From contig NC_069000.1 of assembly GCF_001194135.2 (NCBI RefSeq), positions 21,593,381 through 21,656,535 on the forward strand: DNA of 63,155 bases, given 5' to 3'. Positions 1 to 11,760 of this stretch are shown piece after piece. Below the pieces are notes generated by a model. That model searched no databases and had not been told where the DNA came from. It was given only the letters and a program-made list of their open reading frames with translations. Within the stretch, counting starts at the first letter, position 1. Each line of letters begins with the position of its first letter. Source of the DNA: Octopus bimaculoides. Its lineage: Eukaryota. The position numbers and the translations under genes are program-made.

Positions 1-176
1 ATAGCATAGATAGCAGAGGTGAATATATGCCATACTGCGATGGATTTTAGCTTGTTTACTTGAAGAATGGCCAAGTCAAGTGCTGTTCTCTCTTTTTTCA
101 GCGCATCACACTCTTTACCACTTCATACTAAAAATATCTGCCTATGGATATAATAATAGATTACTTTATTTTTTCT

Positions 177-225
177 GTCTCCGATGAAGGGAAGTACTGG
201 ATCTTCCCAGAAACAGCTGTAAGAC
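177..225 (+). ncRNA. Putative minimal type I hammerhead ribozyme (Penelope-like retroelement-associated type), variant core
   Basis: Order on + strand: stem I GTCT(177-180); core CCGATGA(181-187); stem II GGGAAG(189-194)/CTTCCC(203-208); GAAA(210-213); palindromic stem III CAGCTG(214-219); TA(220-221) completing a GUA cleavage triplet; AGAC(222-225) pairing with stem I. Confidence 0.65.
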
Positions 226-289
226 TCTATCCATAAAATACTTCTCCAACCTTACCATTGCTCTCTTTATCTTTTTATTTTTATATATT

Positions 290-323
<34 letters not shown>

Positions 324-368
324 CAGAATGGTTACAAAATAAAGTGCTTGGTGTTACATTAAATAATA

Positions 369-575
369 TGTTCAAAAATTATATCGAAGTACAAACAAAT
401 GGAAAATACACACACAAAATGTCACTGAATTTTCATCAGTTATTGTCCAAAGGATCAAGTGTGAAATTTATTATGATCCTTTGGATGATAACTGATGAAG
501 ATTTGGCAACATTCTATGTATGTATATATTTTCCATTTCTTCCATTTGTTTGTACTTCTATATAGTTTTTGAACA
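369..575. mobile_element. Short foldback element (MITE-like) with long imperfect terminal inverted repeats
   Basis: tgttcaaaaattatatcgaagtacaaacaaatggaaaatacac at the left is mirrored by ...tattttccatt...tgtttgtacttctatatagtttttgaaca at the right. The same peptide MFKNYIEVQTNG appears on both strands in the ORF track. Confidence 0.7.
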
Positions 576-921
576 TGGTGCACCAGCATGACCGCAGCCA
601 TTTGGCTGAAATAAATAAATAAATAAATAAATAAATATATATATATATATATATATATNNNNNNNNNNNNNNNNNNNNNNNNNNNNNNNNNNNNNNNNNN
701 NNNNNNNNNNNNNNNNNNNNNNNNNNNNNNNNNNNNNNNNNNNNNNNNNNNNNNNNNNNNNNNNNNNNNNNNNNNNNNNNNNNNNNNNNNNNNNNNNNNN
801 NNNNNNNNNNNNNNNNNNNNNNNNNNNNNNNNNNNNNNNNNNNNNNNNNNNNNNNNNNNNNNNNNNNNNNNNNNNNNNNNNNNNNNNNNNNNNNNNNNNN
901 NNNNNNNNNNNNNNNNNNNNN

Positions 922-960
<39 letters not shown>

Positions 961-1387
961 CACACATAAACACGTGTCTCTGTGTGTGCATCTCCTTGTC
1001 TTGATGGTTCATGGTAGTTGTAAGCAAGCTACATCATCAAATATAAAAAGTCTCCTTTGTTTCCAATCTTCAGTGAAGATATATCTAGTTGCAGGGAAAT
1101 TTTACCTTGTCTAGAAAGAAGGTGAGGGTTGGCAACAGAGATAGCATCCAGCCATAGAAAATCTGACTTAACAAATTCAATCTGACCCATGAGTGCATGT
1201 AAAACTGACCATGGGAGTGATGATGATATAAATATTCTTCGCTCTAATCACATCCAGATGAAGAATACTTTGTTTTGCACTTAACTTGGTTACAGAGAAG
1301 TAATATTTGTCTTCTTTAAATATATTCATTCTTCACAATAAATAGAGTATTTTTATTCCTTTTTCAGAAATTATTATCAGAATATAT

Positions 1388-2075
1388 ATGGCTGTGTTAA
1401 GACGTTTGTGTCCCAACAATATGGTTGTGGGTTCAGCACCTTGGGCAAGTATCTTCTACTACAGCCTAAGGCTTTCCAAAGCCTTTGTAGACAGAAACTG
1501 AAAGAAGTTTGTCATATGTGTGTATGTGTGTTTGTTTGTACCTTCCAACCGTCTCACAACTGGTGTTGGTGTGTTACATCCCTGTAACTTAGCAGTTTGG
1601 CAGAAAAGATTAATAGAATAAGATGCAAGCTTAAGAAGTAAAAAGTACTGGTGTTGTTTCGTTCGATTAAAAATTCTTCAGGGCAACGCCCTAGCATGGG
1701 AGCAGTCTAATGACTGAAACAAGTAAAGGTTAGAAGATGCATATCTTTATCTTTTACTTGTTTCAGTCATTAGATTGTGGCAATGCTCAAGCACCTCCTT
1801 AAAGGGTTATAGTCAAAGGAATCCAACTCCAGTACTTACTTTTTAAAGCCTGGTACTAACACTGAACTGCTAAGCTATAAAGATGTAAACAAACCAACAC
1901 TAGTTAAGCAGTGGTGGGGGACAAACCCAAACACACACATAACAAGCTTCTTTTGTTTTGCATCTGCCAAATCCACTCACAAGGCTTTGGTTTGGCTCAG
2001 GTAGATACTTGCCCAAGGGGCCACACAATGGAACCATGTGGTTGAGAACCAAAACATGGTACCACATAGCCATGC
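1388..2075. mobile_element. Two copies of a tRNA-derived SINE (family with 'tggctgtgtggtaag' head) in tail-to-tail inverted orientation
   Basis: Plus copy about 1388-1738 ends aatgactgaaacaagtaaaggttagaagat. Minus copy starts atctttatcttttacttgtttcagtcatt and runs to accacatagccatg at about 2075. Both match the family's younger copy at 3752-4187. Confidence 0.8.
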
Positions 2076-2090
2076 CCTAAATGTGTGTGT

Positions 2091-2411
2091 CTTGATTATC
2101 TGTCCTGGTTTTTAGAACAGAACTATCCTATTCCTGCATGTTATCAGAAGCAACTAAAAGATTAGCAGCAGAAAGGCTTCCAGTCATAAAATACAGCTCT
2201 GCAAAATCATGTCACAGCCATTTTCATTGTCACAGCACAGAAAAGCAAGCATAAAAAGGAACACACACTTATTTTTCAATGCTGGCATGAAAAAGGCTGT
2301 GACATGATTTTGTGTGGTTGCATTTTATGGCTGGACGCCTTTTTTACTGCTTCTTACAACATGCAGGGATATGATTGTTCTGTTCTTAAACCAGAGCACA
2401 CAATAATCAAG
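2091..2411. mobile_element. Palindromic foldback element with roughly 140-bp arms
   Basis: cttgattat...agaacagaac...cctgcatgtt...caaaatcatgtcacagcc is mirrored by ggctgtgacatgattttg...aacatgcagg...gttctgttct...ataatcaag. Confidence 0.75.
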
Positions 2412-2534
2412 ATAAACTGCAAAACCATATAGGTATATTTATGTATATTAATTTAAGTACACTTGTCCATCTGTATTCATTTGGGTATAGAAACAGGACA
2501 AGAAATACTTGATAAATGTAGCTGAGTATAAATA

Positions 2535-3071
2535 CGAAGGGGTGCTGAAAAGTTCCTGGCTTTGGATAAAAGAAAATACAGGAGGATCAGTTAATTATTC
2601 TATTCATCATATTCCCCTAGAACAGTGCTTCCCAAACTTTTTTGGGTTGCCACCCTCTTGACATCCAGGCCACATTCTTAGCGCCCTCACTCCATCTAAC
2701 CATCACAAACATAGACCTCTTTCTGAAGCAAATTCAAAGCAACTGTATTTCACAAATGAAAATTAACCTAATAAACCCATTATTTTGTTATTTTTACAGG
2801 AATCACTCCCCCATTATCGCCCCACTTCTCTTCGATGCCCCATTGGAACTTTCCACTGCCCCCAAGGAGGCAATACTGCCCTAGAAGATTCACACACTTA
2901 TNNNNNNNNNNTCCACTGCCCCCAAGGAGGCAATACTGCCCTAGAAGATTCACACACTTATTGCAGCAGCTCTTCAGTTTTTCTAAGCCCTGTAAAAGAA
3001 CTTGGAAGGTTAGGCCTCCAACCAGGCCTTTCATGATACCCTTAAAGCCAGAACTTTTCAGCACCCCTTCA
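2535..3071. mobile_element. Tc1/mariner-type MITE
   Basis: TIRs cgaaggggtgctgaaaagttcctggcttt and aaagccagaacttttcagcaccccttca, flanked by TA at 2533-2534 and 3072-3073. Confidence 0.8.
2623..2878. mobile_element. hAT-type MITE nested inside the mariner MITE
   Basis: Starts cagtgcttcccaaact. An 8-bp target duplication CCCTAGAA lies at 2615-2622 and 2879-2886. The right TIR is eroded. Confidence 0.7.
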
Positions 3072-3751
3072 TATGTATATTCATGCCAAGTTGATAATCC
3101 CCTTCATTGCTGTTCTGAATTTCCCTCCTTTATATATTGGTTTTGGTGGCTAAAAATAAATATGTTAAGGCTACAGAATATTATCATGATCCTTCTTAGT
3201 TTCCATTGGTCAGTTTTGGTTACATGTTATTGTTGAGAATACTGTTAGAGCATTTAGTGTTATAGCTGGTTCTAGCCTGTCTTAATATGGTCAAGCGATT
3301 GATCCCTGATAGAAATAGGTAGAGGACATTGTGTAGAGGAAGAAAGGTAGATAGATTGATAAGACTATTTATTAAAACAGTGGAGTTTGAAATTACACTG
3401 TAATTGGTGAGGTTATTAAGATTAAATAGGCTTATGTACAAATTAGTAATCATCATTATTATTTAACGTCCATTTTTCCATACTTGCAGAATATTGGAAA
3501 TGAATGACATTGTATAACTATGACACTTATTTACAGTTGTTGTGCCATATCAAGACAAGGAAAAACAACACACACACACTCACATACAAGGGATATCTCT
3601 CAGTTTCTGCCTACCAAATCCATGTACAAAGCTTTGGTTGACCTAGGGCCATTGTAGAAGATACTTGCCCATTGTTGCATTGCAGTGGAACTGAACCTGG
3701 AACACATTCACCTATATAATACAATCAGAATTTTCAGAAAAGCAATTGCCA

Positions 3752-3912
3752 TGGGAGTGGCTGTGTGGTAAGTAGCTTGCTTACCAACCACATGGTTCCG
3801 GGTTCAGTCCCACTGTGTGGCACCTTGGGCAAATGTCTTATACTATAGCCTCGGGCTGACCAAAGCCTTGTGAGTGGATTTGGTAGATGGAAACTGAAAG
3901 AAGCCCGTCGCA

Positions 3913-3959
<47 letters not shown>

Positions 3960-4187
3960 GTGTGTGTGTGTGTGTTTGTGTGTCTGTGTTTGTCCCTCCA
4001 ACATCGCTTGACAACCGATGCTGGTGTGTTTACGTCCCTGTAACTTAGCAGTTTGGCAAAAGAGACCGATAGAATAAGTACTAGGCTTCCAAAGAATAAG
4101 TCCTGGGGTCGATTTGTTCGACTAAAGGCTGTGCTCCAGCATGGCCGCAGTCAAAAATGACTGAAACAAGTAAAAGAGTAAAAGAGA
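3752..4187 (+). mobile_element. Young tRNA-derived SINE with internal (TA)n/(TG)n tract
   Basis: Head ggagtggctgtgtggtaag with B-box-like ggttcagtccc; tail catggccgcagtcaaaaatgactgaaacaagtaaaagag. Related copies near 22335, 24080(-), 25080, 27500, 58160, 60050(-) and 60805. Confidence 0.85.
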
Positions 4188-4920
4188 TACTTGTAGTAGT
4201 AAAAGAAACTGGCGGTGGATACAGCTTGATGATGCGCAAAGAGAGAAATGTCGGCTCTTAAATGTTCTTGTCTTCTGCTTTATGTTACTGATTTATATTT
4301 CATTCAGTTGTGTAGATTTGATACGCAGCATCTTTTTTTTTTATATCTGTGACAAAAATAAATGATGTCATGAATTATCCGCACGCACGCACACACACTT
4401 GAAAGCAGCGAGAACTGTCTTGTCATCGTAAAGGATGACTGTTGACTTGTCTTGTGACTGTGTTTAAAGTGAAGAAGAGTTGCATACCGTGAACCTCACT
4501 CAATCCAGTGGCAAGACCAGGTCAAGATGACTGGATGCAGCGGATGACCAAGATGCCTTGTTTACCTCATCTTGTTCCCTGCACTTTACAATGTATCACC
4601 ACAGCTACATTCCCTCCTATTGAACTGTGAAGGCTTCTTCCACAGAGTCCATTGAATCTGGTCGTCTTGTGCATAGGTAGGCAAGCCCTAAAATGTTGAT
4701 CAACGCATAGCTGGGACACTGACAGGCGCTACCACTCTGGGCCAAAGCAGATGCAGGAACCATAGTGGCTAACAGATGGTTCTACACATCTTGCAACTCT
4801 GGAACTCTCAAGCCATAGCCTCACTGTCAGATGCAGTTTAAAGCCATACCCAGGATACGAACACACACACACTCTCTCTTTCCTTCTGTCTCTCTCTCTC
4901 TCTACTACTTTTGTTCATAT

Positions 4921-5155
4921 CAGTGGTTCTCAATCATTTTTACTTGTGGACCCTTTTCATTACTGTTTTACTCTATTGGACTCCCATAGCCATTTGAAGT
5001 TTTTAAAAAATCCCATTGTATTTTTATATTTAAATTTTATTATGAATTGTAGAAAAAAATCCTAAAATATTTTGTGTATTGTAGAAGTATAAGCAATTTA
5101 TTGTACATAAATTTTAACAACAAAATCTTATATGGACCTTGGTTGAGAACCACCA
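4921..5155. mobile_element. hAT-type MITE
   Basis: TIRs cagtggttctcaa and ttgagaaccacca. Near-identical 8-bp flanks GTTCATAT and GTTTATAT. Confidence 0.7.
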
Positions 5156-5940
5156 GTTTATATAAGTGTACAACACACTTGTGTTTGAAGTGTAGAATCT
5201 AAGATGCCATTTTCGTATGCAAGGTAAATAGCATTAAATTACATGGCACATACACCCTCAAAATGAACCAACAAAGGGACTTCTACAGGGTCACTTCATT
5301 TGCTAGAAATAGATAAATATCCTTTAAACTACACACCAAAACCCTAATGATTTTATACACTCTCCCATAGGATTGATTGCATCACTCCATTCAATGTGAA
5401 TACAGTGTGAGTGCAGGCAAACAAAAAGTGATTAAATGACATCCTTGGAATCTAATCTTGTTTCCTTTACTTATAACAAGCATATAAGACATTTTAACCA
5501 TGAAATTGGGCACCCATAAATATGTTTGTGTGTACCTTTCTTTCGACCTCATATGATGGTTGTAAACAAGCATCATCACTATACAAGTGATGTTGTTCAT
5601 TTTCAATCTGCCATGAAAAAAAGTTGGTGACATCAAGGGTATCTGGTCATAGAAAATCTGCTTCAACAAACTTCGTCTAACTCATGCAAGCACGGAAAAG
5701 TAGATGTTAAATGATCATGTGTGTCATTTATACAAATGACATATGAGCTTCAACCACCAAATGCTGTTTTGTTTCATCTTTTCTATTTTTGATTTTATTA
5801 AGAAAAAAATAAGTCTTTTTTTTTTATATTGTCAAAAGAAGTTAAAAAAAAAAATCTGCTTGCATTGCCATTGTTATTATTATTATTATCATTATTGTTC
5901 ATTTTTTCATTATTTTTGTTGGCTTATGTTTTTCTTCCAG

Positions 5941-6063
5941 GCAGTAACACTGTTTTTGGGTGTGCTTATCCTGTGCCTGTCAATGGTGATCGTCTATTTC
6001 CTAAACAACCGGGCAGAAGTCATCTTCCCTACCACATCAGCTTTCCCTGCTCATGATGGCTAA
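5941..6063 (+). CDS. Terminal coding exon A: transmembrane helix plus short tail (AVTLFLGVLILCLSMVIVYFLNNRAEVIFPTTSAFPAHDG*), gene unidentified
   Basis: Acceptor ttttcttccag| at 5940, open phase-0 frame to TAA at 6061-6063, about 21 hydrophobic residues, clear paralogy to the exon at 9394. Confidence 0.7.
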   Translation, partial: AVTLFLGVLILCLSMVIVYFLNNRAEVIFPTTSAFPAHDG

Positions 6064-8782
6064 ATAACCTGCAATTTCCCAAATAGGCTTGTTCTCTTCT
6101 ACTCATATTTGCATAGGCATGTATTCTTCAACTTAACTCTGTGCACATCCACCTTAGCATTGTCAGTGATTCTGTTCTTAATGTTGATGTTGATGCTGCT
6201 GCTGCTATTGTTGCTGCTGCTGCTTTTATTTGTCTAATTTATTGTCAAATGTATGTGGGTGGGATAGATCATACTTTAGGCCTTTCACACAACTAAATTT
6301 ATTATAGGAAAAGCTAAGAAATTATTTACATTTTTATTTAAATAAGCTACTGGTTTCAATTGTTTTAAAAAGTGATTTAGTCATGCTGAAATAAAAGGAA
6401 AATTAAATTGAAATTAACTAAATTAATCCTTTAGCATTTAAACCAGCTATATCCAGCCAAAATAGTTTACCTGTTTTATGTTCAAATTGGTTAGATCCAG
6501 CCTCTCGTGCCAACCCTGCAATATCATTCTAAAAATTAAGTTACCTCATTGAAATCTCAAAGCTACAAGACGATGCATGGTTAATTTGAAACAATGTGAA
6601 TGAATAAACATTGGTCTTGACAGAATAATGTGAATGCTAAAGGTTAAATTAATTGTTATGAAGAGCATCCAGCCATAAAAACTGTGTCAAATTATTCAAT
6701 GGAGCTCAATACAGTCTTGCAGGTATCCTGGATGTTAAATGATGACAGTGATGAAGACGACAAATATCAGTTGTGGAAGTTCACATAATTTTCTTATAAA
6801 AATCACACTGTGTTGTATTTTGTTTCGTTCTGATTGTTGCTTGGTAAGTAGATAGCTGTGGTAGTAGCCAGCAACTTGACTGCTAACTAGGATCCAGCAA
6901 CAGTCAGAAAGAGAAGAAACAACACCATAAGAAAAACACATGAACTTCTTGAACTGATAGTAAGGAAGATTAATTTGATTTATTTCAGTTTACTTTCTCT
7001 TTTATTTTAGTATGACTAAATCGTCTATTTAAAGTAAATGAAACTGGTAGCTTATTTAGATAAAAATATGATTTCTTTCTTTAAATAAAGTTCTCAAAGC
7101 ATTTCCTTATTTTTGTCTTTATATATGTTTGTGTGCATATGTGCGTGTATATATATGTATGTGTTTATATATGAATGTGTGTGTATGTGTATATATGCAT
7201 GTATCCGTGTGTGTGTGTGTGTAATGTTACCAGTAGGAGCTTAGCACAACAACACAAACACTTAACTGTACATGTACACCCAATATAATCCAACAAGAGA
7301 GCTTCTACATGGTCACTCAGTCTACTAGAAATAGCAGGCAAATATCCTTAAGTCATGCACTATTTCTTAATCATTTTGGAAAAAGAAAGACATTAGACAA
7401 TGCAGTCTTATATCTGAAACACTTTGCTCATTAGTCTACTGGATTAGGATCAAAACAATAATGTAACAAGAAGACTTCTTATGAGATTTGCTTAGCTTGC
7501 TAGAAAGAACAACAAAGTATCCTTCAAATCAAAACCCTATCTTAAAAATGTAAGACACATTGGATAATGTAATCCTAGATACACTATATCTGAAAAGTGA
7601 TTGTTTGCTTACAGCTGGATCATCTTTAATCATAGGCCTGCTAAGTCAAAGCAAACCTGGGGTTAAACAATCCCCAATATTTCTATGTACTTGTCATCTA
7701 AATAATTATCAAACCTGTTCAAGCGAGCACAAATCACCGTCAGTTTCCTTGAGCCCCAAAGATTATTAACTTGACTCCATGTCTCATGCTTGAAATTGAG
7801 TGTTTGCTGAGAAAACCACAATGGAATGTTGGTTAACATCATTGCATTTATGTTGCCTAAGGAGCCTCAAGGAAAGGCCTGAACATCTCATTTTTTTTTT
7901 AATCCATATAAAATCTTTGTTGTACTTAGACAAAAAGAAATTTATGTACATTTTGTAAATCAAGTTACTTAAAAGTAGTCTTCTTTAGAAATGTCTTTTA
8001 TTCACAAATTCAAGAAAATGAAGATTATTAGTGTGTGTATATGTTGGACATCTTTGCTCTGTATTTCATGTTTCTGTATATTGTCTTTGAAAATTTTTCA
8101 CAATGTATTTATCCTCCTTTTCCACCTCTTTTCTCTCTCTCTCTCTCCCTCTCTGTGACACCAACTGTATTACTATAAAAGAAAAATTAAACAAAGTGGA
8201 GTAGGTTTGTAATTCAAAGACTGTGTGATGTGAGACTATTGCAAGTGGGAATTTAAATTGGGGACATGGATTCGAGCTTGTTCAGACTTGACTGTTAACT
8301 TCTTAAAATTCACTAACATAAACTCATTGTAACCATTGCAGAAATGAACACTTTTGTTTCAGTTGAAAGACACAACTGATACTTTATTTTCATTGTTTGA
8401 AAAGAGAAAGAAAACATTTCCTTTTTAATGACATTAATTTGAATTTAACCCTTTGTGTACATGATCAAAGAGCTGTTAAATGGGGCTGTAAAAGAAGGAA
8501 AGGTTGTGTTCATAGTCTTTGCAGGTCCTCATAGACAGATGAGATTGATACAGATGAAGCTCATTTTAAACATTTGTAGATTGATCTCTGTAGGAAAATC
8601 ATAGTTGGGGTTTGTAATGGATTTCAGTGCGTATTTTACAGCTGCAGGCCATTGTTGTTGTTTACCATTTGATGTTTGGTCCTTCCTTTATTTATCTAAT
8701 GTTTTTTTTATGTCCATGCAAGAATAAGATTTTGGATGATCCTACATACCAACTCAAATCACATTGGAGAACCCTCATTTAA

Positions 8783-8999
8783 CCCTTTAGCATTCACATT
8801 CTGTCAAAAGTAATTCTTATTTATTCAAATTGTTTTGAATTAATCATGCATTATCTTGTAGCTTTAAGATTTTGACAAGGTAACGGTTAATCTTTAGAAC
8901 GATATTACAAGGTTAGTGTAAAAGGCTAGATCTGGCTAGTCTCAACATAAAACAGGTGAAATATTTTGGCCGGATGTGACTTGTTTAAATGCTAAAGGG
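8783..8999. mobile_element. piggyBac-type MITE (TTAA-flanked, CCC...GGG ends)
   Basis: ttaa|ccctttagcatt ... aatgctaaaggg|ttaa. Relatives near 6430-6650, 15335-15480, 25441-25530 and 51300-51520. Confidence 0.8.
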
Positions 9000-9393
9000 T
9001 TAAGACATTTATGAACAAACAAAAACCTATATTATTCACTTTTCATTTATTTCTTAATAGTATTGTCTATTCTGAATTGTTGAAAAGTTTCATCATACAT
9101 AGCAACATGGCACAATTCAACATAATTTCTATGTATTTGTTCATTCATTCTCAAACAAGTTGATTTAATTTTGATCAATACAGGAAACAAAGCAGATGAC
9201 ATCAGTGATGATGGTTTCTTAGAAAAGACAGTTCGACTGCTCCAATTTCTCAAAAATTAACATTATTTCAGTTGTAATTAATATCCTTTGACATCAGACA
9301 TCTTCATAAGCAATGTTACATGTATTTTTTTCATAATCTTTGTTGTTGTTTTTTTTTATTAAACATTTATTGTTTTTCTTCTTTCTATTGCAG

Positions 9394-9504
9394 ACTCTCA
9401 TTTTGTTACTGGGTATCATCATCTTTGTGGTCTCTTTGGTTGTGGTCTATGTGTTAGTAGAGAAAGCAGATATTATTTTTCAGACTGCTCACAAACACTA
9501 CTAA
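9394..9504 (+). CDS. Terminal coding exon B: transmembrane helix plus short tail (TLILLLGIIIFVVSLVVVYVLVEKADIIFQTAHKHY*), paralog of exon A
   Basis: Acceptor tttttcttctttctattgcag| at 9393, phase-0 frame to TAA at 9502-9504. Aligns without gaps to exon A, sharing G7, S14, V18-Y19, A25 and I28-F29. Confidence 0.7.
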   Translation, partial: TLILLLGIIIFVVSLVVVYVLVEKADIIFQTAHKHY

Positions 9505-10029
9505 CTAGCTTGAACCTGAATCTAAACTAACTTTACCTAATTTAACTTAAAAAAAAACTAGACTACACTTCTAGTAAGCCACTATGGCAAAGCTTATGTC
9601 AATATATTTGTTAGCACAGAATACTTCTTGCTTTCCTTTCAATTTTGTTTTGGTAAGGCAAATGAAGCACAAGAACAAAGAAGAAATTTCTCACACGAGG
9701 GACCAAAGAACCATGAACCAGTTTCAACATCAAGAATTGATAATGATTTTTTTCCTCTTTCTACTAAACTATCATCTTTTCATTCCCCTCCTCTCTGAAT
9801 ACATACACACGCACACGCACACACATATTTATATATACATATGCTCCACACACACACACACATTTATATATACATACGCACCCCCCACACACATTCACAC
9901 GCACACATTTTGTGTATGTGTTTCCAATAACAGGTGTGGATGTTATACTTTCAACTTTTCCATGTAAGTTGTCTACTTAATAATAAGGAGTGTATAAAAT
10001 ATTTGTTCATATTTATGTGCACTGATGTT

Positions 10030-11760
10030 AGCAGTATCACTACCATTCTATATCCGCTTTTCCAAGCTTGCATGGGTTGGGTGGGTCTTCTCCAGTACAC
10101 CATCTCACCATTTATTGCAATTGTTTGACATCTTGAGATCAGCTTTCACTGCTTCTATGTCTTCCTTGGTTTTTCCCCTTCCACTCAGATTGCTTGCATT
10201 TTTTAAAATTAACTAGCACCCTCCATATGCATCAAATGCCCATAACAGTGTTGTCTTCTTTCTTGTACACAACATTTGAATCCTCTTATACTCTTGATAG
10301 CTCATTTCATTTCTTTTCACATCTTCCATGTTCAGTGTCCATGTTTTGCTACCATGCAACCTCACACTTTGTCAGTAGCATTATACAGTCAACTCTTTTC
10401 CAGGTTAGTGAATCCCTTTGTTGCATGCAAAACCAGTAGCTTCCTGAACTGGTTTAACCTCATCCTTATTCTGGTTTCTATGCTTTTGGAACATCATCCT
10501 CTACCATTAATTATGTCACCTACTTAATGGAAGCTATCAACTTGTAGTTGATAACTATGGAGTCTTTCAAGAATTTAAGGGAATCCATTTCATGGGTGAC
10601 CTTAATGTTCACTACTCAAGCGTCTGCTATATATGGAGTCTTTTCTTCTCTGTCTACCTGCCTGTGATTCCACTGTATTTGTTGTACTCTGGAAGTTTAC
10701 ATTTGGTACACTGTGCAGAGTTACTACTTAACTTCTTTTCTGCATATTGAGCAAGGCCGCTTCCCATTAGAAAGGTGGCTATGCTTGATGTGCTAACTAG
10801 AACTTTTGTCTCTGCAAGGTTTATTTTGAAGCCTCTAGATTCTTGCTTCCATGTTTGGAATATTTTTCATAATTTTCATTTGATCAGCTATGAGAACTAG
10901 ATCATTCAGAAGTTCCCTTGGATAGACAGTCTGAAATTCTGTGAATTGGCTGGACAACAATTATAAACAGTAGCGAGCTAAGAACCAAACCTCGATGAAT
11001 GCTTATCTGCAAGATTTTTCACTTAACTCATTACTAACTTTAATTTTGTTGGCAGCATCTCTCTACATCACTCACTCCATCCACTTGCCTTCACCTAGTT
11101 CTTTTAGCGATGACCTGACTACAGAACATGATCTCCAAACTGCCTCTCATCTAAGCAACTTGTCTTTCTTGTCACTTGTACTATAATCCTTTCTGTTACT
11201 TTTACAACCAGGTTCATCAACTTGATGACTCTGTACTTACTTCTTTCTGTCAAATTTCCTTTGCCTTTGTAGTTCTTGTTGATGATAGTGCTACACCAGT
11301 CATTAGGTATGACTCATCCTTGTACTGCCTGATTGACTACATAAGTGATTATTAGCACATGTCCTCCTTCATTGGATATTTTCAGTATCTCACTAGCTAC
11401 CTTTGATGGTATCGCTACTTTCACTGCCTTCATGTCCTCGATTGCACTTTTGACCATGCTGCTGTCCACTTGAACAGCTGCTTCCTCTGTTGGATTTACT
11501 TGGGGTAGAGCCTCTCTCATTCTGTTCAGTCAGTGACTTCATTGTGCCCCTTTCTTCTTGGTGTCAGTCACAAAAGTGTGTCATTTTCTTTCCATACACA
11601 CTTTTCCCCAATGACCTCTTGTTTCATACTGAAACACTTCTTTGCAATTCAGAACACCTTACTTTCATCTTCTTTCTTTGCTATCTTTATCTGACATCTA
11701 GCTTCTTTTTTTTTAGGTATCTGATATGATTCCTTGCTTCCCATTTTCTCCAAATCTTTC
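10030..11760 (-). mobile_element. Decayed RTE-clade LINE (reverse transcriptase to C-terminus)
   Basis: Minus-strand peptide VKSAIEDMKAVKVAIPSKVASEILK resembles the RT N-terminal KA.GP.....E.LK motif. An RGFKCCVQERR-like C-terminal segment lies near 10270 and the RTE tail near 10040. Many stops and frameshifts. Confidence 0.75.

Noticed and set aside
2862-2961. Perfect duplication of about 50 bp on both sides of a 10-N gap
   Set aside because: Typical contig-overlap assembly artefact.
6790-6959. Donors at 6843 and 6959 with an open frame DPATVRKRRNNTIRKTHELLELI that would join exon B in phase
   Set aside because: No convincing acceptor or in-frame start. Left for RNA-seq to test, not claimed.
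9183-9258. Possible phase-1 terminal exon (NKADDISDDGFLEKTVRLLQFLKN*)
   Set aside because: Weak pyrimidine tract, a phase different from exons A and B, and no recognisable homology.
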